This document shows, in pieces, positions 9,694 through 12,765 of a stretch of 12,765 bases of DNA; the first letter of the stretch is position 1; each line of letters begins with the position of its first letter. Both the position numbers and the translations under genes were made by a program. Below the pieces are notes generated by a model. That model saw only the letters and a list, made by a program, of their open reading frames with translations. It searched no databases and had not been told where the DNA came from. The stretch is taken from IMG/VR virus record IMGVR_UViG_2721755658_000004. One strand, 5' to 3'. The DNA comes from a virus. Its lineage: Duplodnaviria > Heunggongvirae > Uroviricota > Caudoviricetes.

Positions 9694-9987
9694 ATGAAAA
9701 AAATGTTATTTTCTGCCGCTCTGGCAATGCTTATTACAGGATGTGCTCAACAGACGTTTACTGTTGGAAACAAACCGACAGCAGTAACACCAAAGGAAAC
9801 CATCACCCATCATTTCTTCGTTTCGGGAATTGGACAGGAGAAAACTGTTGATGCAGCCAAAATTTGTGGCGGCGCAGAAAATGTGGTTAAAACAGAAACC
9901 CAGCAAACATTCGTAAATGGATTGCTCGGTTTTATTACTTTAGGCATTTATACTCCGCTGGAAGCGCGGGTGTATTGCTCACAATAA
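9694..9987 (+). CDS. bor: Bor outer-membrane lipoprotein (lambda bor / Iss family), 97 aa
   Basis: Start chosen at MKKMLFSAALAMLITGC (lipobox LITGC) with RBS AGGAT; sequence near-identical to my recollection of lambda Bor. The upstream in-frame start at 9646 was rejected. Confidence 0.85.
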   Translation: MKKMLFSAALAMLITGCAQQTFTVGNKPTAVTPKETITHHFFVSGIGQEKTVDAAKICGGAENVVKTETQQTFVNGLLGFITLGIYTPLEARVYCSQ

Positions 9988-9997
9988 TTGCATGAGT

Positions 9998-10015
9998 TGC
10001 CCATCGATATGGGCA
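9998..10015. terminator. Stem-loop between convergent bor and Rz (TGCCCAT-cgat-ATGGGCA); possible bidirectional terminator, weak U-tracts
   Basis: 7-bp perfect stem read directly; lies between the bor stop (9987) and the Rz stop (10019). Confidence 0.3.
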
Positions 10016-10018
10016 GCT

Positions 10019-10480
10019 CTATCTGCACTGCTCATTAATATACTTCTGGGTTCCTTCCAGTTGTTTTTGCATAGTGATCAGCCTCTCTCTGAGGGTGAAA
10101 TAATCCCGTTCAGCGGTGTCTGCCAGTCGGGGGGAGGCTGCATTATCCACGCCGGAGGCGGTGGTGGCTTCACGCACTGACTGACAGACTGCTTTGATGT
10201 GCAACCGACGACGACCAGCGGCAACATCATCACGCAGAGCATCATTTTCAGCTTTCGCATCAGCTAACTCCTTCGTGTATTTTGCATCGAGCGCAGCAAC
10301 ATCACGCTGACGCATCTGCATGTCAGTAATTGTCGAGTTCGCCAGCTTCAGTTCTCTGGCATTTTTGTCGCGCTGGGCTTTGTAGGTAATGGCGTTATCG
10401 CGGTAATGATTAACAGCCCATGACAAGCAAACGATGATGCAGATAACCAGAGCGGAAATAATCGCGGTTACTCTGCTCAT
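10019..10480 (-). CDS. Rz: Rz i-spanin (inner-membrane spanin subunit), 153 aa
   Basis: Translation [44 protein letters not shown]... is near-identical to lambda Rz from memory; 4-bp overlap with R. Confidence 0.9.
   Translation of the reverse strand: MSRVTAIISALVICIIVCLSWAVNHYRDNAITYKAQRDKNARELKLANSTITDMQMRQRDVAALDAKYTKELADAKAENDALRDDVAAGRRRLHIKAVCQSVREATTASGVDNAASPRLADTAERDYFTLRERLITMQKQLEGTQKYINEQCR
10078..10260 (-). CDS. Rz1: Rz1 o-spanin lipoprotein, 60 aa, embedded in the +1 frame of Rz
   Basis: Translation [60 protein letters not shown] has the lipobox VVVGC and proline-rich region and is near-identical to lambda Rz1. Confidence 0.85.
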   Translation of the reverse strand: MRKLKMMLCVMMLPLVVVGCTSKQSVSQCVKPPPPPAWIMQPPPDWQTPLNGIISPSERG

Positions 10481-10953
10481 ACCTCAATCTCTCTGACCGT
10501 TCCGCCTGCTTCTTTGAATTTTGCAATCAGGCTGTCAGCCTTATGCTCGAACTGACCGTAACCAGCGCCCGGCAACGAAGCCCAGATATTGCTGCAACGG
10601 TCGATAGCCTGACGAATATCACCACGATCAATCATCGGTAAAGCGCCACGTTCTTTAATCTGCTGCAATGCCACAGCGTCCTGGCTTTTGGGGGAGAAGT
10701 CTTTCAAACCAAGCTGTTTACGGTAAGCATCCCACCAACGTGAAAGAAGCTGGTAACGTCCGGCGGCTGTTGATTTGAGTTTGGGGTTTAGCGTGACAAG
10801 TTTGCGAGGGTGATCGGAGTAATCAGTAAATAGCTCTCCGCCTACAATGACGTCATAACCATGATTTCTGGTTTTCTGCCGTCCGTTATCCGTTCCTTCT
10901 GACCATGCAACCATATCCAGGAAAGCTTTACGCTGGGAATTTAGTACCTGCAT
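10477..10953 (-). CDS. R: Endolysin R (lambda-type lytic transglycosylase), 158 aa
   Basis: Translation ...[48 protein letters not shown]... is near-identical to lambda R from memory, with a divergent N-terminus. Confidence 0.9.
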   Translation of the reverse strand: MQVLNSQRKAFLDMVAWSEGTDNGRQKTRNHGYDVIVGGELFTDYSDHPRKLVTLNPKLKSTAAGRYQLLSRWWDAYRKQLGLKDFSPKSQDAVALQQIKERGALPMIDRGDIRQAIDRCSNIWASLPGAGYGQFEHKADSLIAKFKEAGGTVREIEV

Positions 10954-10956
10954 AAA

Positions 10957-11388
10957 TTACTCCTTCGAGCTACCAAACTTGTTACCGATTACTCTCATTG
11001 CAGCCCCACGAATAGCATCGACACCGATCAGCCCCACCCCACCACCAATGGCAACAGAAAGCGATTTAGGCCATCCGACATACTCAAGCGCGGATGCAAA
11101 GGTCAACGTCAGAGCGCCACATAGCAAAATCTCGAGCGTTTTTCGCTTCCAGCCACCACCACCGCCAAAATAGGCGATGCGCAAACCAGCCATAACAATC
11201 GACATAATCACTGCGCCCAGCGGCGTATCTCCACGCCACCAGCTCTGAAACAACTCCAGCCAGTCCGGCCAGGTATTTGGGTTATGAGGCATTTCGTCAT
11301 CTCTCACCTCGCGATATTTGCGGGTGCTGTGTTGGAAATAAAAAGGCCACGCAACGTGGCCACCAGAATTATTTCCCCACCAGTTCAC
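10957..11388 (-). CDS. Candidate holin / lysis membrane protein (three predicted TM segments), 143 aa from GTG 11388; alternative internal ATG start at 11292 (111 aa)
   Basis: Sits immediately upstream of R with a 3-nt gap; hydrophobic segments LGAVIMSIVMAGLRIAYF, TLEILLCGALTLTFASALEY, SLSVAIGGGVGLIGVDAI; RBS AAGAGG before the GTG. Not recognisably lambda S; call rests on position and topology. Confidence 0.45.
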   Translation of the reverse strand: MNWWGNNSGGHVAWPFYFQHSTRKYREVRDDEMPHNPNTWPDWLELFQSWWRGDTPLGAVIMSIVMAGLRIAYFGGGGGWKRKTLEILLCGALTLTFASALEYVGWPKSLSVAIGGGVGLIGVDAIRGAAMRVIGNKFGSSKE

Positions 11389-12421
11389 TTACCTCTTTCA
11401 CCGTCTGATTAAACCGCTCTGACTCAAGTTCAACACCTAACGCCCGACGCCCCAGCGCCATTGCCGCTTTTATTGTGGAACCGGATCCCATAAAGAAATC
11501 AGCAACCAGATCGCCTTGTCGACTACTGGCACTGATTATTTGCCGGAGCATATCCGCGGGCTTCTCACACGGATGTTTACCCGGGTAGAACTGAACGGGT
11601 TTATGCGTCCAGACGTCGGTATAAGGCACGGAAACTGATACGGAGAAATAGCGCCGGAGAGTTTTAAACTCATCCAGCAATTCAGAATATTTGCGATTCA
11701 GTGAATCATAAGATGCCACCAGCTGGTGGTGTGGTTGTTCCAGTTGTTGTTCCTGAAATTTCTCTGCCGCTATACGGGAAAACAGTGCCTGCAACTTCCG
11801 GTAGTCAGCCTCATTCGGCAACTGCCACTGACTGGCACCAAACCAGTGGGAAACCATATTTTTCTTACCAGTGGCTTCGGCAATCTGTTTTGCCGTTATA
11901 CCCAGTTCGGCACGAGCATCCCTGAAATACGAAATCAGCGGTGCCATTATGTGCTGTTTGAGTTGACTTTCTTTTGCCGCATAGCCGTCACTTTTGCCGC
12001 GATATGGTCCCTGGTAATGTTCAGCAAACAGAACGCGTTCTGTTGCGGGAAAATATGCGCGCAGACTTTCTTTATTACACCCGTTCCATCGTCCGGACGG
12101 CTTCGCCCAGATAATATGGTTAAGAACGTTGAAACGTTCACGCATCATGATCTCGATATCAGATGCGAGGCGATGTCCACAGAACAGGTAAAGGCTTCCG
12201 GCAGGTTTCAGCACCCGCCAGAACTGAGCCAGACAGTGGTCCAGCCACTTCAGGTAATCTTCGTCCCCTTTCCACTGATTGTCCCAACCGTTGGGTTTCA
12301 CCTTGAAGTACGGCGGATCGGTAACAATCAGGTCAATGGAATCATCAGGCAGGGACTGAATAAAATGCAGGCAATCAGCGTTGATTAAATCAGCACTGTT
12401 TATTTTCACAGTATTTTTCAT
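11369..12421 (-). CDS. DNA methyltransferase, beta-class amino-MTase (N6-adenine or N4-cytosine), 350 aa; no restriction endonuclease partner in the window
   Basis: Motif IV DPPY near the N-terminus (IVTDPPYF) and the AdoMet-binding motif I FFMGSGST near the C-terminus; this IV-before-I order marks the beta group. Its 3' end overlaps the holin start by 20 nt. Confidence 0.75.
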   Translation of the reverse strand: MKNTVKINSADLINADCLHFIQSLPDDSIDLIVTDPPYFKVKPNGWDNQWKGDEDYLKWLDHCLAQFWRVLKPAGSLYLFCGHRLASDIEIMMRERFNVLNHIIWAKPSGRWNGCNKESLRAYFPATERVLFAEHYQGPYRGKSDGYAAKESQLKQHIMAPLISYFRDARAELGITAKQIAEATGKKNMVSHWFGASQWQLPNEADYRKLQALFSRIAAEKFQEQQLEQPHHQLVASYDSLNRKYSELLDEFKTLRRYFSVSVSVPYTDVWTHKPVQFYPGKHPCEKPADMLRQIISASSRQGDLVADFFMGSGSTIKAAMALGRRALGVELESERFNQTVKEVSELVGK

Positions 12422-12552
12422 GGATCAGTAAGCGTAACTCTGGTAGGCTCACTCTGCTTTTGCGCTAAAGCAGTGGGCCGTGGTTCGCTTGTGACCAGTA
12501 AGCATGAGCGAATGGCTGGCAGGTGCTACCAACACCCACCAGCCGCCCATTT

Positions 12553-12584
12553 TCACAAATTAAAAGCCCTTCATTGCTGAAGGC
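12553..12584 (-). terminator. Putative intrinsic terminator overlapping the stop of the 64-aa ORF (6-bp stem CCTTCA/TGAAGG, GCAA loop, then UUUUAAUUUGUG on the - strand)
   Basis: Hairpin 12568-12583 followed on the - strand by a U-rich tract; position between an upstream small gene and the late lysis genes is reminiscent of a tR'-type element (inference). Confidence 0.4.
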
Positions 12585-12765
12585 GTCTGTAACAGCCGAA
12601 CTGGTAATCTGCCAGCCCCGCCATAACCAGCTGGGTCAGTATTAACTGACAGCGTTCGCGTGAAAGGTATGTGTTTTGTGCAATCTCCCCGACTGTTGCC
12701 GGTTTGCCGTTTAATTCATTAAAAACAACTTTCGCCGTTTCTGTCATATCTAGCTGTTTTAGCAT
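12571..12765 (-). CDS. Hypothetical small protein, 64 aa, possible winged-helix/HTH DNA-binding fold (TVGEIAQNTYLSRERCQLILTQLVMAGL)
   Basis: ORF whose ATG coincides with the window edge; HTH-like segment by eye. No family recognised; N-terminus could extend beyond the window. Confidence 0.35.
   Translation of the reverse strand: MLKQLDMTETAKVVFNELNGKPATVGEIAQNTYLSRERCQLILTQLVMAGLADYQFGCYRRLQQ

Noticed and set aside
9706-10180. ORFs 9706-9906 (-) and 9992-10180 (+)
   Set aside because: Antisense to bor and to Rz/Rz1 respectively; no RBS.
10979-12388. ORFs 10979-11173 (+), 11701-11925 (+), 11726-12388 (+, 220 aa) and 11947-12141 (-)
   Set aside because: All lie antisense or out of frame within the holin candidate and the methyltransferase gene; the 220-aa ORF is a long antisense frame with Cys/Phe-rich low-complexity translation and no RBS.
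12453-12472. Hairpin CTGCTTT-N6-AAAGCAG as a terminator
   Set aside because: No U-tract on either strand; retained only as possible RNA structure in the late-region finding.
12480-12500. tRNA-like GGTTCG motif in the intergenic region
   Set aside because: No complementary T-stem, acceptor stem or anticodon arm could be built around it; lambdoid late regions can carry tRNAs, but this is not one.

Overview
This window looks like an Escherichia/Shigella-type chromosomal segment built from defective prophage modules and IS1 (organism is inference from IS1, lambda-like lysis genes and a flxA-like gene). Layout: (1) positions 1-393 are the 3' end of an IS1 on the + strand. (2) A 4,228-bp unit is present as two tandem copies (390-4619 and 4618-8847) that are identical at protein level for every ORF. 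Each copy carries a flxA-like gene with a sigma-28-type promoter, a GIY-YIG nuclease-domain gene with an uncharacterised C-terminal half, a Pin/Gin-family DNA invertase, a gix/pix-like crossover site, and tail-fibre / tail-fibre-assembly genes of a truncated invertible segment. (3) A complete IS1 (8844-9611, - strand, insA/insB, no target-site duplication) follows. (4) Beyond it lies a lambda-like lysis module: bor, then on the - strand Rz/Rz1, R endolysin, a candidate holin, a beta-class DNA methyltransferase and a 64-aa HTH-like ORF. The strongest candidate for an undescribed system is the GIY-YIG gene, which sits in the pin-adjacent moron slot that holds mcrA in prophage e14 and is bracketed by imperfect direct repeats. 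The other standout is the tandem duplication itself, which lies between inverted IS1 ends with a GGTACC junction. All protein identifications are from reading the translations and from memory of family hallmarks; no database search was run.
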